A stretch of 64,000 nucleotides of DNA from a virus. Taxonomy: Duplodnaviria > Caudoviricetes. The notes under the pieces are model-generated. The model was not told where the DNA came from. It saw only the letters and a program-made list of their open reading frames with translations, and did not search any database. This document shows, one piece after another, positions 29,390-39,700 of the stretch (its first letter is position 1; each line of letters begins with the position of its first letter). The stretch lies in the IMG/VR virus record IMGVR_UViG_3300006752_000009, one strand, 5' to 3'. Made by a program: the position numbers and the translations under genes.

Positions 29390-30129
29390 GGTAGGGGTGG
29401 GATCTTGCCATGCTTCACAAAGTTAGCGTGAGCTAGGGGCCAGAGCTTTTGGATTTGCCTAGAAATCTCACGAGCGAGTAGTTTAATCTCCCACTGAGCA
29501 TCGGGATGATCTCGCTTTGCGATGAAGCTATTGATCCAGTTATGTAGAGAACCTGTAGCCCAATAAGTGGTATAAAGGTTCTGTGGGAGAACCATACGAG
29601 CTTGATCCCTTGCTACCCCTTTTTCGACTAACTCATTGTAGAGTCGGATAGAGTCTGTAGCGTGGCTCTTGATGGCAGATACTGCATCGAGTTTGATGTG
29701 TTTAGGGAAGTCAGTTGGGTCGAACTCAACTACGGGGTTGAAAGTATCATCAAGACTAGCTTGTCGGTTCTTGGTGTCCTGCTTACGCATTTCGCTTGGG
29801 AAATAAAACTCAATGTCAGAGCTTGTGTATCTTCGAGAAATCTCATTGTAAGAGAATGTCCTGTGCCTCATCTGCTGTCTAGCTACGAACAGAGGTGCTT
29901 TGATCCAAAATGATACGACATTGTGTTCTGTGGTAGAGGTATGTCCTTCTTTGATGAGGAAGTTGCAGAGTCGTTCCTCTCGCTCTCCCATCTCAGTGCT
30001 GACTTGCCCTAGACTCGCTCTAGCACTGTTGACGATAGTAAGGTCATCGCCCATAGCTTGAATGAGGGCTACCCCTCCGATACCATCCTCATAAATACTG
30101 ACCATCTCAGATCTAAAGTCATTCGTCAT
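29386..30129 (-). CDS. thyX: flavin-dependent thymidylate synthase
   Basis: ThyX motif RHRTFSYNEISRRY; EGHTSTTEH; ARMVLPQ; AQWEI. Confidence 0.95.
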   Translation of the reverse strand: MTNDFRSEMVSIYEDGIGGVALIQAMGDDLTIVNSARASLGQVSTEMGEREERLCNFLIKEGHTSTTEHNVVSFWIKAPLFVARQQMRHRTFSYNEISRRYTSSDIEFYFPSEMRKQDTKNRQASLDDTFNPVVEFDPTDFPKHIKLDAVSAIKSHATDSIRLYNELVEKGVARDQARMVLPQNLYTTYWATGSLHNWINSFIAKRDHPDAQWEIKLLAREISRQIQKLWPLAHANFVKHGKIPPLP

Positions 30130-30312
30130 AAGTCCACGATCCTTTCGCTATTTGTGGTATTCTTATCTATACCGACAGACCATAAAAAGGAAAGTGAATA
30201 ATGCCTTGTTTTTATCCAGACTTAGACAAACGAAATATAGATCTTAAATGTAAAAGATGTAAGTCGCCTTTGCCTTTAAAGGGAGACTTTGCTATTTGCC
30301 AAGAGAGTGGGT

Positions 30313-30570
30313 TTACAGTTCCTTGTTTGTCTCGTTGTAATCGAACACATCAGAAGGAAACGCAGGTTGAGTCGGTTTGAGGATGCTCTTGACAGCCGAC
30401 AGTCTTTTTTCATAGAGCTTCTTGAACTGAACCTTTGATAGAGGTACAGGTGTCTTCCTCTCACAATCAGTTGGAGAACATTCAATGCAAATGTTTTCTT
30501 TAAAATCTTGAACCAAGTAGTACAATCTGCAAGACGCACAACGCTCATAACCAAACATATATAACTCCAA
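30313..30570 (-). CDS. hypothetical Zn-finger protein
   Basis: CASC...CIEC pairs; GGAG RBS. Confidence 0.55.
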   Translation of the reverse strand: MELYMFGYERCASCRLYYLVQDFKENICIECSPTDCERKTPVPLSKVQFKKLYEKRLSAVKSILKPTQPAFPSDVFDYNETNKEL

Positions 30571-30577
30571 AGGACAA

Positions 30578-31159
30578 ATGATGCGAAGAGATGGAACAGG
30601 GAAGTGTCCTGTAAAGTGGTATATAGATGATCTAGGGAAAAAGAGGTGGGTGTGCTTTGTCCACCTTGCCCCTTACACAAAACATATTGAAACATCGGAG
30701 CAGTGTTGGTACACAAACTGTCCAGGTAGGAGCATGGTCGGATACCCTTTGACCGACCAAGAGATTGAGGATCAAAAAGCAGAGCAAGCCCGAAAGACCA
30801 TCAAAGAGGTCGAAGAGGTCATTCAGATTGATGACCTTAAGAAATCGACTAAGGAGTGTGCTAACTATGGATGCACAAACGAGGTCGCTTTAGGACGCAA
30901 GAGGTACTGTTCGGACAAATGTCGTATGCAAAAGGCTCGTGCTGACTATGAGGCACGAAACCCTAAGCGAACTCGCAAAGTGAAGACATCAGAGAAGAAG
31001 CAAACTCCGATCACTCCACCCCGACCTGTTGCACCAGAGCCGAGTAATATATGTACCTCGATCACTTGCTCGAACGAAGTACCTAAGAACCGAAAGGCTT
31101 ATTGCTCAGATCCATGTAGGAAGAGAGCATATGTGCAGAGGAAGAGAGGACTACTTTAA
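30578..31159 (+). CDS. protein with duplicated C-x4-C...YCS..CR zinc-ribbon module
   Basis: CANYGCTNEV...YCSDKCR and CTSITCSNEV...YCSDPCR. Confidence 0.65.
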   Translation: MMRRDGTGKCPVKWYIDDLGKKRWVCFVHLAPYTKHIETSEQCWYTNCPGRSMVGYPLTDQEIEDQKAEQARKTIKEVEEVIQIDDLKKSTKECANYGCTNEVALGRKRYCSDKCRMQKARADYEARNPKRTRKVKTSEKKQTPITPPRPVAPEPSNICTSITCSNEVPKNRKAYCSDPCRKRAYVQRKRGLL

Positions 31160-31357
31160 CCAAGGTTTGGGTCTTTGAGACTCATCTCCCCTCTTATATG
31201 CTTTATATGCTTCTATAAAGTAAACTGAATAGATGAAGACGGTACAAGTGATAGCAATAACTGTCATTTTAAGCTCCTTTGATGTATTTAAGGGAGCGTA
31301 TATACCACTGACAGTACCCCCTAGCAAAAAAAAAGTTAGGTTTGAACTATGCTTCAT
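31151..31357 (-). CDS. small membrane protein
   Basis: Two hydrophobic stretches; 68 aa. Confidence 0.45.
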   Translation of the reverse strand: MKHSSNLTFFLLGGTVSGIYAPLNTSKELKMTVIAITCTVFIYSVYFIEAYKAYKRGDESQRPKPWLK

Positions 31358-32230
31358 CTTTTAGATCCCATTACAGCTCATAAAATAGCTATTTCTTTAC
31401 TAAAAAGACCTTTTCCGTACCCGAAAATCTTCGACCCACATAAGGTCTTTGGGTTAGAATTCCCAAACCGATTAGGTATTAGTGCTGGCTTCGATAAAGA
31501 CGCTGTTGCTTTGAGGGGTCTAAAATCCTTTGGCTTCGGTCATGTAGAGGTCGGCACAGTGACTCTTGCTATGCAGAGAGGGCATAACCCTCAGTACATA
31601 GAGAGACAACCTAACGCTCTCGTCAACAAGCTAGGACTCCCTAATGTCGGAGTAAATCAGATGGTTCGGAACATCAAAAGATACCGACCTAAAGGATTAG
31701 TTCTTGGAGGCTCTATCGCTTATGGGGATATGGGAAATCCAAGCTATTGTCTCACCGAGATATATGAGACATTTGTCCGCTTGCGTAAGAGTGTAGATTA
31801 CATCGTTCTAAATGGATCTTGCCCAAATGTAGAGACACCAGAGAACATCTATAAATGCTTAAACCTTATAGAGCATACCGATACACCTGTTCTTGTTAAG
31901 CTCCACATCATGGAGGACAAGATGAAGTTGAAGTCCACTCTAAGTGTTCTCAAGGAGAGTGGAGTTAAGGGGGTAATCTGTAGCAACACCTTACCTACAG
32001 CCAAAGGGGGGTTGTCGGGCAAGCCTCTTACACATATAGGGCATCAGCAGTTAGAGTGGGTTAAAGAGAATAGCGACTATCCTGTGATTTCTAGTGGGGG
32101 TGTGATGACTCCTCAAGATGCTGTTGATCGTATTCGACTTGGAGCAGACTTAGTTCAAGTGTACACAGGGTTTGTGTACGGTGGGATTACCTTCCCTTAT
32201 CGAGTGGCTAAGGCGATGAGGGGTTTGTAG
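31349..32230 (+). CDS. pyrD: dihydroorotate dehydrogenase
   Basis: LGISAGFDKDA, GFGHVEVGTVT, NKLGLPNVG, LNGSCPN, PVLVKL, SNT, GGLSGKPL, ISSGGV, LVQVYTGFVYGG. Confidence 0.92.
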   Translation: MLHLLDPITAHKIAISLLKRPFPYPKIFDPHKVFGLEFPNRLGISAGFDKDAVALRGLKSFGFGHVEVGTVTLAMQRGHNPQYIERQPNALVNKLGLPNVGVNQMVRNIKRYRPKGLVLGGSIAYGDMGNPSYCLTEIYETFVRLRKSVDYIVLNGSCPNVETPENIYKCLNLIEHTDTPVLVKLHIMEDKMKLKSTLSVLKESGVKGVICSNTLPTAKGGLSGKPLTHIGHQQLEWVKENSDYPVISSGGVMTPQDAVDRIRLGADLVQVYTGFVYGGITFPYRVAKAMRGL

Positions 32231-32240
32231 TTCGTTTATA
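32228..32240 (+). promoter_or_regulatory. class B promoter-like motif followed by ATAAGTGATCTC
   Basis: tagttcgtttata; its TAG is the pyrD stop codon. Confidence 0.65.
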
Positions 32241-32290
32241 GCCACTCATAAGTGATCTCTTTAACCCTAGACCCGAATGGAGAACCTGTA

Positions 32291-33109
32291 ATGAGAAGAT
32301 CAGCTAGTGAAATAATCAGAAATCTTGAGATGAGGGTTGCTCGCCTTGAAAAGTCAGCGGCAAAGTACAATCCAAATGACACCTTTGAGATTGAGGAAGG
32401 CAAAGGATATATTCGTTTCTACCTTGGTGGAAAATTCAACACGAGAGAAATGTCTGGAGACATCAAGAGTGTTTTCTTTAAAGAATTTTATCTTTCCTTT
32501 ATTGATGAGAACTCACTTCCAGAATATGGTGTGGTCGGAGAATGTCTTGAAGATGCTTTTGATAAAACAAAGATGGTTGAAGAATTAAGTCGCACTCGTA
32601 AAGGTGAAAAAGCTATTCAAGTCAACCTCTTCAAAAAGGATGAGTTCGTCAAAAACTTTATTGAAGAGCTTGAGAGCGACATGGAAGGTCTTGAAATGTA
32701 TGACCAAGAATACATTCTTGATTGGTCTGATGCGTATGAAGCAGAAAAAGCCTGCACAGATGGTGTGAAAGCACTCATGGATAAATATGGTAAATTAAGG
32801 TCAAATAGGATTGACCCTCGCACTTATCGCCTAGCTTCTACTCGTAAAGTTGCAGGACACATCCTCCTCGCAGGCACTGTAAGTGTTCGTCAGCTTAGGA
32901 GGGATCTTGAGGACACCTTCGGCATTGAGGACATCGAGGTTGAAGACGGTGTTGTTACTTTCCTTATGTCATCAATGGACAATAAAGAGGTAGAGAAACA
33001 GGTTAAATCTCTCGCTCAAAAGCATGATGTGAAGTTTGAAAAGGGAGAGTTTACCGATGGTCTTGGGATGATCTACACCAAGCGAGCTTCACGCAGAAAT
33101 CGCTATTAA
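32291..33109 (+). CDS. RRSAS-leader family protein
   Basis: Start at ATG 32291; MRRSASEIIRNLEMRVARLEK; internal RLAS/KVAG/KRAS motifs. Confidence 0.85.
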   Translation: MRRSASEIIRNLEMRVARLEKSAAKYNPNDTFEIEEGKGYIRFYLGGKFNTREMSGDIKSVFFKEFYLSFIDENSLPEYGVVGECLEDAFDKTKMVEELSRTRKGEKAIQVNLFKKDEFVKNFIEELESDMEGLEMYDQEYILDWSDAYEAEKACTDGVKALMDKYGKLRSNRIDPRTYRLASTRKVAGHILLAGTVSVRQLRRDLEDTFGIEDIEVEDGVVTFLMSSMDNKEVEKQVKSLAQKHDVKFEKGEFTDGLGMIYTKRASRRNRY

Positions 33110-33483
33110 ACACCAACAGTGATCTTGAGGGTATTTGAACCCTCAACTGTCACTTGGTGGACACGCTTCCCCCCGACCACATTTAACTGAGTAAACCCTG
33201 TGTACTCTAAGAGGCTTACGATAGAGTTTATCTGAATGTGGTCTTGCATTATATATGTTCCATATATACGGATCTGTAGGACATTACCCTCATATAGTGT
33301 CTCTACATCTATATTGGTTGGGGGCTGTATGACTACTCTAATCGTTAAGATGTCTTTGGTACGCTCTACACGAGCTGACTCTACTTTTGAGTAGTCAGCG
33401 TCAATACACCCGATCTGAGCGTGTGAGACCAGAGGTGTTAAGAGTAGGCTAAGTAAGATTACTTTCTTTTTTATATCTAGCAT
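33106..33483 (-). CDS. putative secreted protein
   Basis: Signal peptide MLDIKKKVILLSLLLTPLVSHA|Q; beta-rich body. Confidence 0.6.
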   Translation of the reverse strand: MLDIKKKVILLSLLLTPLVSHAQIGCIDADYSKVESARVERTKDILTIRVVIQPPTNIDVETLYEGNVLQIRIYGTYIMQDHIQINSIVSLLEYTGFTQLNVVGGKRVHQVTVEGSNTLKITVGV

Positions 33484-34081
33484 ATCGCTTCCTTACAGAA
33501 CTCTCTGTTCGATTTAGTTTATTGGCAATGCTCTTATATGACATACCTATTAAACGACTATTATGGATGAACTTTAATTCTGTCGTTTTCCATTCTTTCT
33601 TTAGCTCTAAAGTTAGACCAAGCTCACTTGCTTTTTTTCGACAAGAGTGTGGTGATCTACCCACTACCTTAGAAATGTTATCCCAAGATAGATGGGGAGA
33701 AGGTGGGTTATGGATAGTCTTTTGAACTTGTCGGAGGAGTAGGTCTATCTCACCTTCCGACCATAGTCTGTTCTTATGGACTCTTAAACTGACACCTAAA
33801 CGAGATGCCTTTAGTCTTAAAACCGTTCTTGAGACACCTAGTTTCTTAGCTATTGATTTGGGGCTTTGCTGACCTGCCCTACTTTTCAAGAATGTTTCCA
33901 TCTCTTTTGTCCATGTCTTGTTTTGGTAGATGTTCTTCTTCTTGATCCTTAGTGTTTGTAATCGAGCCTTAACGCTCCCTACACTTCTCCCAAGCCTTTC
34001 AGCTAACTGTTCGCAGGACTCTTGATCGCACCACACCCTAAGCGTAGAGTCCTCAACATGATCCCATGTTTTTCCACCCAT
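33449..34081 (-). CDS. protein with four Myb/SANT-like HTH repeats
   Basis: W(D/T/S/K)xxE...L repeats, each ending in (I/L)A..LGRS..S(V/C)... Confidence 0.6.
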   Translation of the reverse strand: MGGKTWDHVEDSTLRVWCDQESCEQLAERLGRSVGSVKARLQTLRIKKKNIYQNKTWTKEMETFLKSRAGQQSPKSIAKKLGVSRTVLRLKASRLGVSLRVHKNRLWSEGEIDLLLRQVQKTIHNPPSPHLSWDNISKVVGRSPHSCRKKASELGLTLELKKEWKTTELKFIHNSRLIGMSYKSIANKLNRTESSVRKRYARYKKESNLT

Positions 34082-34092
34082 GTTTTTCTCCT

Positions 34093-34123
34093 AATCATAT
34101 AATCTCGATTACTTTATATGATC
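34093..34123. promoter_or_regulatory. divergent class C motifs (AATCATATAA / GATCATATAA)
   Basis: Plus aatcatataa 34093-34102 toward 34139; minus gatcatataa 34114-34123 toward 34081. Confidence 0.45.
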
Positions 34124-34138
34124 AGAGGGAGATAAGAT

Positions 34139-34669
34139 ATGCACTATGCAGGGATAGGTAATAGAAAGACACCACAAGCCTGTCTTGACTTTATGATTAA
34201 GGTAGGTCGGGTATGCACTAAAAAAGACCTCACCCTACGATCTGGAGGGGCAGTCGGGGCTGACCAAGCCTTTGAGAGAGGGTGTGATCTTGAAGGTGGT
34301 AAAAAAGAAATATGGACACCTAAGAGTCAATACCTCGTAGAACATGAATGGGCGATTGAGAAAGCTAAGGCTGTGTGTTGGGAATACCCCTTACACAAGA
34401 TGAAGCCTTACACACGCTCACTCATCATACGCAATATGTATCAAATCTTTGGTGATGACCCCGAAAACCTTAAGCCTGTTAAGTTTGTGGTTTTCTACTG
34501 TGAGGGCGATCCACTTATGCAAGGCAAGTTATCGGGAGGTACGAGGTACGCTGTGAGGGCGGCACATAACTACAACATCCCTCATTACAACCTACGCACC
34601 CATCAAGTACACTTTGCGAATGTGCTTAAAGCGTTCCCCGATGTTTGGGATGACCCTAATCCTTTTTAG
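34139..34669 (+). CDS. SLOG/DprA-like Rossmann-fold protein
   Basis: YAGIGNRKTP...LRSGGAVGADQAFERG...RN...SGGTRYAV motifs. Confidence 0.65.
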   Translation: MHYAGIGNRKTPQACLDFMIKVGRVCTKKDLTLRSGGAVGADQAFERGCDLEGGKKEIWTPKSQYLVEHEWAIEKAKAVCWEYPLHKMKPYTRSLIIRNMYQIFGDDPENLKPVKFVVFYCEGDPLMQGKLSGGTRYAVRAAHNYNIPHYNLRTHQVHFANVLKAFPDVWDDPNPF

Positions 34670-35247
34670 TAGGTGTAGTTTCCACCAGTAGGGTGAACTT
34701 CGTTGGTGTCTACATTCACCTCGTAAGTCGATGTGTATTTCCCACCCTCAGATACGATCATCTCGACCTCAAAGGTGATTACATCACCTTCTATTCCCTT
34801 GTACTTTGTACGACCTATTTTCTGTTCACCATCCCACCACTCGTTTCTCTCTGCCCATTCACCAAGGTATTGATCAAGTAAAGCCTTTGCCTTTTGGATG
34901 GTTGCATTACGAGCTTCATTTGGGTTCGGCTGAGACTTAAGGAGTCTACGAACCTCATCTTCAAACTTCACACCAGCAGGTAGTGGAGGCACTGCGTGGT
35001 TGTAATCACGATGTCTCTTGAAGATGATCTTACGAAGGGTACGAGCTTGTTTCTCGCTCAACGCTGTAGCAGGTTCGATACCTGTGCGTCTGTTGAGTAA
35101 AGCACCCATTTTGTCTACGAACATACGCTCAAAGTCATTAAGGGTGGTGCTGTTGTCTAGGATGATCCTCAAAAGGTGAGAGATCTTTCCTTGTCTGTCC
35201 GATGCCTTCTCATTGCGTGGAGGCCACTGTGTTGCTCTTCTTCTCAT
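34666..35247 (-). CDS. hypothetical protein
   Basis: 193 aa, AGGAG RBS, class A motif upstream. Confidence 0.7.
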   Translation of the reverse strand: MRRRATQWPPRNEKASDRQGKISHLLRIILDNSTTLNDFERMFVDKMGALLNRRTGIEPATALSEKQARTLRKIIFKRHRDYNHAVPPLPAGVKFEDEVRRLLKSQPNPNEARNATIQKAKALLDQYLGEWAERNEWWDGEQKIGRTKYKGIEGDVITFEVEMIVSEGGKYTSTYEVNVDTNEVHPTGGNYTY

Positions 35248-35269
35248 GTCATTTCTCCTAACATGATGT

Positions 35270-35286
35270 CATAAATAAGGGGTTAC
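35270..35286 (-). promoter_or_regulatory. class A promoter-like motif
   Basis: Reverse complement gtaaccccttatttatg; a class B-like taggttatttata (35298-35310, minus) lies just upstream. Confidence 0.6.
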
Positions 35287-35319
35287 ACTAGGTCGCCTAT
35301 AAATAACCTATAAATCTTT

Positions 35320-35553
35320 TCATTTGAGGTTTTCTACAAGCACATCACAGGGGTAAGAGAGTATTCGGTCAGCGTATGACTGAGAGCAACTAACGAAAGG
35401 TGCGACTCTAACCTTTTTTCGCTCGTAAGCACATTCGGAGATATACCTGTGTGCTAGGTCGCATGAGTCTTTCCTTATGCGTTCTAATTTTTCCTCTTTC
35501 GTTTCAAACTTACAACCACTAAACAGAATGGTAATAATAAGCAATACTCTCAT
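35320..35553 (-). CDS. putative lipoprotein
   Basis: MRVLLIITILFSGC lipobox; GAGGAG RBS. Confidence 0.6.
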   Translation of the reverse strand: MRVLLIITILFSGCKFETKEEKLERIRKDSCDLAHRYISECAYERKKVRVAPFVSCSQSYADRILSYPCDVLVENLK

Positions 35554-35576
35554 GTTAAACTCCTCAAGGGACTACA

Positions 35577-36758
35577 ATGTTTTTTAAAAGATTAAAGTCA
35601 TTAGCTAGATTAAAGAAATCTAGCCTCTGTGTGGGTCTTGATGACCCGAATGAAGATCAAAGGGTAGAGAGGGTTTGTTCTATTATAAATCAGACTGAAC
35701 CTTATGTGGTCTGCTATAAGTTAAATCCAGCTTTCTATCATGGTAATGCAGAACATATAAAAGCTATTACAGATTACATGAACCAAAAAGGTCTACTGTG
35801 GATCTACGATGGGAAGCTCGGAGATGTGCCTCATACAAACACCGAGTATGCTAAGTATGTTTATGATGTATTAGGGGCGAGTGCGATGACAGCTCACCCT
35901 TATTGTGGCTACGATTCACTTACTCATCTCATTCGTAAAGATAAGGGTCTATTCGTCTTAGCTAGGACAACCAACCCCTATGCGTATAAGATACAGAGTC
36001 GTGTTCAAGATCACCTCTATGATTGGTGTGGTCGATCTAAAGAGATGGGTCTTGTCGTAGCAGGGAATAAAGAGGCTTTCCTACATGAGATGAGAAAGCA
36101 CCTTCCTAACACTTGGTTCTTATCACCAGGTATCGGAGCACAAGGAGGGGGGATTAGATATGCTGTCCCAAACACTCTGTACTCAATGAGTCGGACGATC
36201 CTAAACGCATCTGACCCTGCTGAAGTAGCAAAGGAATACGGTAGACAGTCCTACTTTGATTTAGAGATTGAGCTTGAACACCATGAACTCATCAAGAGGG
36301 GCGATTTTACTTTAGCGAGTGGTCAGAAATCCAACCTCTACATTGACCTCAAGGGAGTGAGTGGGATGCCCGAACTATTTGATCGCATCGTACACGAGCT
36401 GATTGAGTTATATACCCAACCATATCAGATCGTGGGGATGGCTACAGCAGGTATCTCTTTCGCTTCGGTGATGGCTTCACATCTGAAGCAATCTTTTGGG
36501 TATGCGAGATCAGAGATTAAGACACATGGAACAGGGAAGATCCTTGAGGGGAATATAAACAAAGGACTGCCGATTGTCCTCATTGAAGATGTGGTTTCGA
36601 CAGGAGGTTCATTGATTAAGGCTATCCTTGCCCTAAGAGAGCAAGGATATGTCGTTGATCAAGCGATTTCTGTAGTGGATAGGGGTATGGGTGGGTCAGA
36701 AGCATTAAAGGCTATAGGGGTTGATTTAAAGAGTCTTCTTAGTATGCCCGATGTTTAA
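35577..36758 (+). CDS. pyrF-pyrE: bifunctional OMP decarboxylase / orotate phosphoribosyltransferase (PyrF-PyrE fusion)
   Basis: OMPDC: LCVGLD, YKLNPAFY, DGKLGDVPHT (DxKxxD), SPGIGAQGG. OPRT: FTLASGQKSNLYID, RSEIKTHG, IEDVVSTGGS. Confidence 0.92.
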   Translation: MFFKRLKSLARLKKSSLCVGLDDPNEDQRVERVCSIINQTEPYVVCYKLNPAFYHGNAEHIKAITDYMNQKGLLWIYDGKLGDVPHTNTEYAKYVYDVLGASAMTAHPYCGYDSLTHLIRKDKGLFVLARTTNPYAYKIQSRVQDHLYDWCGRSKEMGLVVAGNKEAFLHEMRKHLPNTWFLSPGIGAQGGGIRYAVPNTLYSMSRTILNASDPAEVAKEYGRQSYFDLEIELEHHELIKRGDFTLASGQKSNLYIDLKGVSGMPELFDRIVHELIELYTQPYQIVGMATAGISFASVMASHLKQSFGYARSEIKTHGTGKILEGNINKGLPIVLIEDVVSTGGSLIKAILALREQGYVVDQAISVVDRGMGGSEALKAIGVDLKSLLSMPDV

Positions 36759-39700
36759 GTTCGTAATGTAAATACACTGTCGCATCTGAAACGAACTGAA
36801 TACCATTGGTATTATTATTAGTAAATACAAGAGTTAAGTAAGGGTCTGATGCATTTCCGTTTGTCAAAGTAGTATTTATATTAACATTTAATACATGGTC
36901 GTTAAAGTGTTGAAAGTTAATAGCATCTGCATCCACGACAGTCAAAGAAACGCTAAGGCTTAGGTTAGTCCCTAAGTTATTTACCCCATCAATATGTGTT
37001 ATCCACGAATAAAGTAGGTTTCCATTCCAAACATCTACACCAGAATAGTTCTCTATAATCGTAGTGTAGCTTTCATCAGTTGAGTGAATATCCAGATCAA
37101 TCTCTTGTGATGGTATTCCAAACTGAGTCTGTGGGTTTGTAGTTTGAGCCTTAAAGAACAATGGGAGAAAAGAGATCTCCTTACCAGTCTTTCCTTGTAT
37201 TTCAATTTTCCCATACCCAAGAGTTTGAATGTTGAGAGAGGTTAGTAAACCGTCATTATTCAAACCTACAAACCTGTTGTATGTTTCTGGTGAAGAAATG
37301 ATGGGTGCTGACTTAGAGGCGATTACTATTTCACCTCGACTTTGAGTTCCTCCGGGATTTGAGAGGATGTTTCCTGCATCTTCTTGCCCATAACCCGACA
37401 CACCCGATTGTCTGACTTGACCTGTCTTTATGATAACATTCCCACCCGATATGGTGTTAGCATTTGGGGATGAGTTAAACTCAAGTTTAGCATCTCCACC
37501 TTCTAAGAATAAGTCTGTTCCACCAACAGTTCCAGCTCCTGCCATATTTCCTGTGGAGAACCTTGTTTCTTTAGGTTGTACTAAGAGTCGTGCAAAAGCT
37601 GGGTCAGACACACCAGCAGGGTCAGTAGCGATTCCTGTTCGCAACATCACAGATCCTACATCTCCACCTGTCGTGTTTCCTGTAGAGAGCATTAAAGCAC
37701 CTGTGTTGGTGTTTCCTGTGGAATCTCCTGTGCTTACTAGGATCGGACCTGTACCATAACTACCACTTGCAGAGCCACCTGTGGTCATCATTACAAGACC
37801 CGAATCACCAGTTGTAGATGATCCACTAGAGATCGCCACCGTACCCGATGAGCCATCTGTGGACACACCACTTACGACTTGAACAGAACCCGATGTTCCT
37901 GTTGAAGTCGTACCTGTTAAGATCTGTACTAAACCAGAGTCGCTACCTGCATCTAATGCTGAACCTGTATTGATTAATACATACCCCGAATTTTCATCGT
38001 AAGTATTTCCTGTTCTAAGGGTTATATTACCACTCCCTGCTTCGTCAGCGACAGTCGCATCGGTTGGGTTTCCCGAACCATCTTCAGCTCCACCTGTGGC
38101 TATAACAATCGCACCACTGTCTTTAGTGTTTTTCGGGGTGTACCCTGTCTTGATAGAAATCGCACCACTATTTTCTTCTGTTGCATTTCCTGTTTTTAGA
38201 TCAAGATTTCCACTTACTCCTCCAGTAGCATTACCCGACTTGAGGTAAGCATTACCACTAGCTCCACCTGTTGTATTTCCACTATTGAAACCAATCTCAC
38301 CAGAACCCGAACTAGCATCTGAGTTTCCTGTACTTACATAGATAGGTCCACTAGCACCTGTAGCCCCTGTACTCTGTCCTGTGTAGATCATTACTTCTCC
38401 ACTAGATCCAGTGCTTGTATCTGATGTGTAGACCCCAATGTTCCCACTGTTTCCATTTGTTGGTGCATTTGTGTAAATAGAAATCCCACCTGTCCCTGTA
38501 GTCCCTGTACCACTTTTAATCAAAAGACTCCCACTACCTCCACCTGCGTTATTCCCTGTTGCTATGGTAATAATGCCACTATTGCCACCATCTGTAGTAC
38601 CTGTTTGTAAAAATACCTCACCACTTGGTCCAGAGCTTCCACTCACACCTGTATTATTTCCTGTATTTAAATAAAGATCGCCCGATTGAGTGTTACTTGT
38701 TCCTGTTTTAAGCGTAGCATCACCACTTGCTCCTCCAGTTGCATTACCCGAATATAAACTAGCACCACCTGTAGCACCACTTGTCGTAGTGCCAGAGTAG
38801 AAATCAAGAACACCCGATGTAGTGTGTCCTTGACCACTATAGATAGAAATCGCACCACTCGAATAAGTAGCGTTATTGGCTGTGCCTGTGTAGAGGTTAA
38901 TCACTCCACTATTCCCATTGATAGTTGAGATGCCTGTTCTTATCTCAAGAGCACCTGTATTTGCTCCTGCGTTTGAGGAGAATAAATACACAGAACCACT
39001 ATCTAATGTTGCTGAAGAACCAGACTTTATAAAGACTGACCCACTACTACCTGTTGACGCTTGCCCCGACTCTAACTTTACAGTTCCACTTGAACCACTA
39101 CCTTGTGGTAGACCACTCTTTACGGTTACAGCACCACTATTTCCGTCATTAGGTTCACCACTTTGGATCGTGATAGCACCACTAGTTCCATCCTCTGTAG
39201 TTCCCGACCCTATTGTGATAGCACCACTGTTTCCTGTATCTGTATTACCTGTGAGTATGTTCATCAGTCCAGAGTTGGCACTAGATGTATTCCCAGTGAT
39301 TAGCTCAATTTTACCCGACTCGTTAGTTCCCCCTTGCCCTGTCTTAACATCGACATCCCCTGTGCTTCCTGCGTTTGCAGTTGAGCTTGTGCTACCACTC
39401 TCTATGGTTATATCCCCACTTGCTGAACTCGTGTGGTTGTGAGGATTGCCAGATTTGATTGTGATTGGACCAGACTCTGTGTTTTGAGCAGAGACATCGC
39501 CTGTTTGTATGCTAATCAATCCTGTTGTTGTTGTGCTTGTGCTTGTTGTAAGGATGTTCTCTTTATCAACTCCCCCTGTTGAAAGGTAAATTCCCCCAAA
39601 GGTACTTAAGGGAGGTTCGGTTAAGTTTGATCCCCCAAAGATATAGACATTACCTGCATAAAGTCCATCACCAGAGTTGATGGTAACATCTCCACCCATT

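Noticed and set aside
4192-31334. Poly-A tracts (~4192-4200 and ~31327-31335) as phase-variation switches
   Set aside because: Both lie in frame within intact ORFs; there is no evidence of length variation from a single sequence.
20478-36758. Host chromosomal contamination explaining the metabolic genes
   Set aside because: The genes are dispersed, not in bacterial operon order, and are interleaved or overlapping with phage-specific motifs (e.g. the pyrD stop is part of a class B motif).
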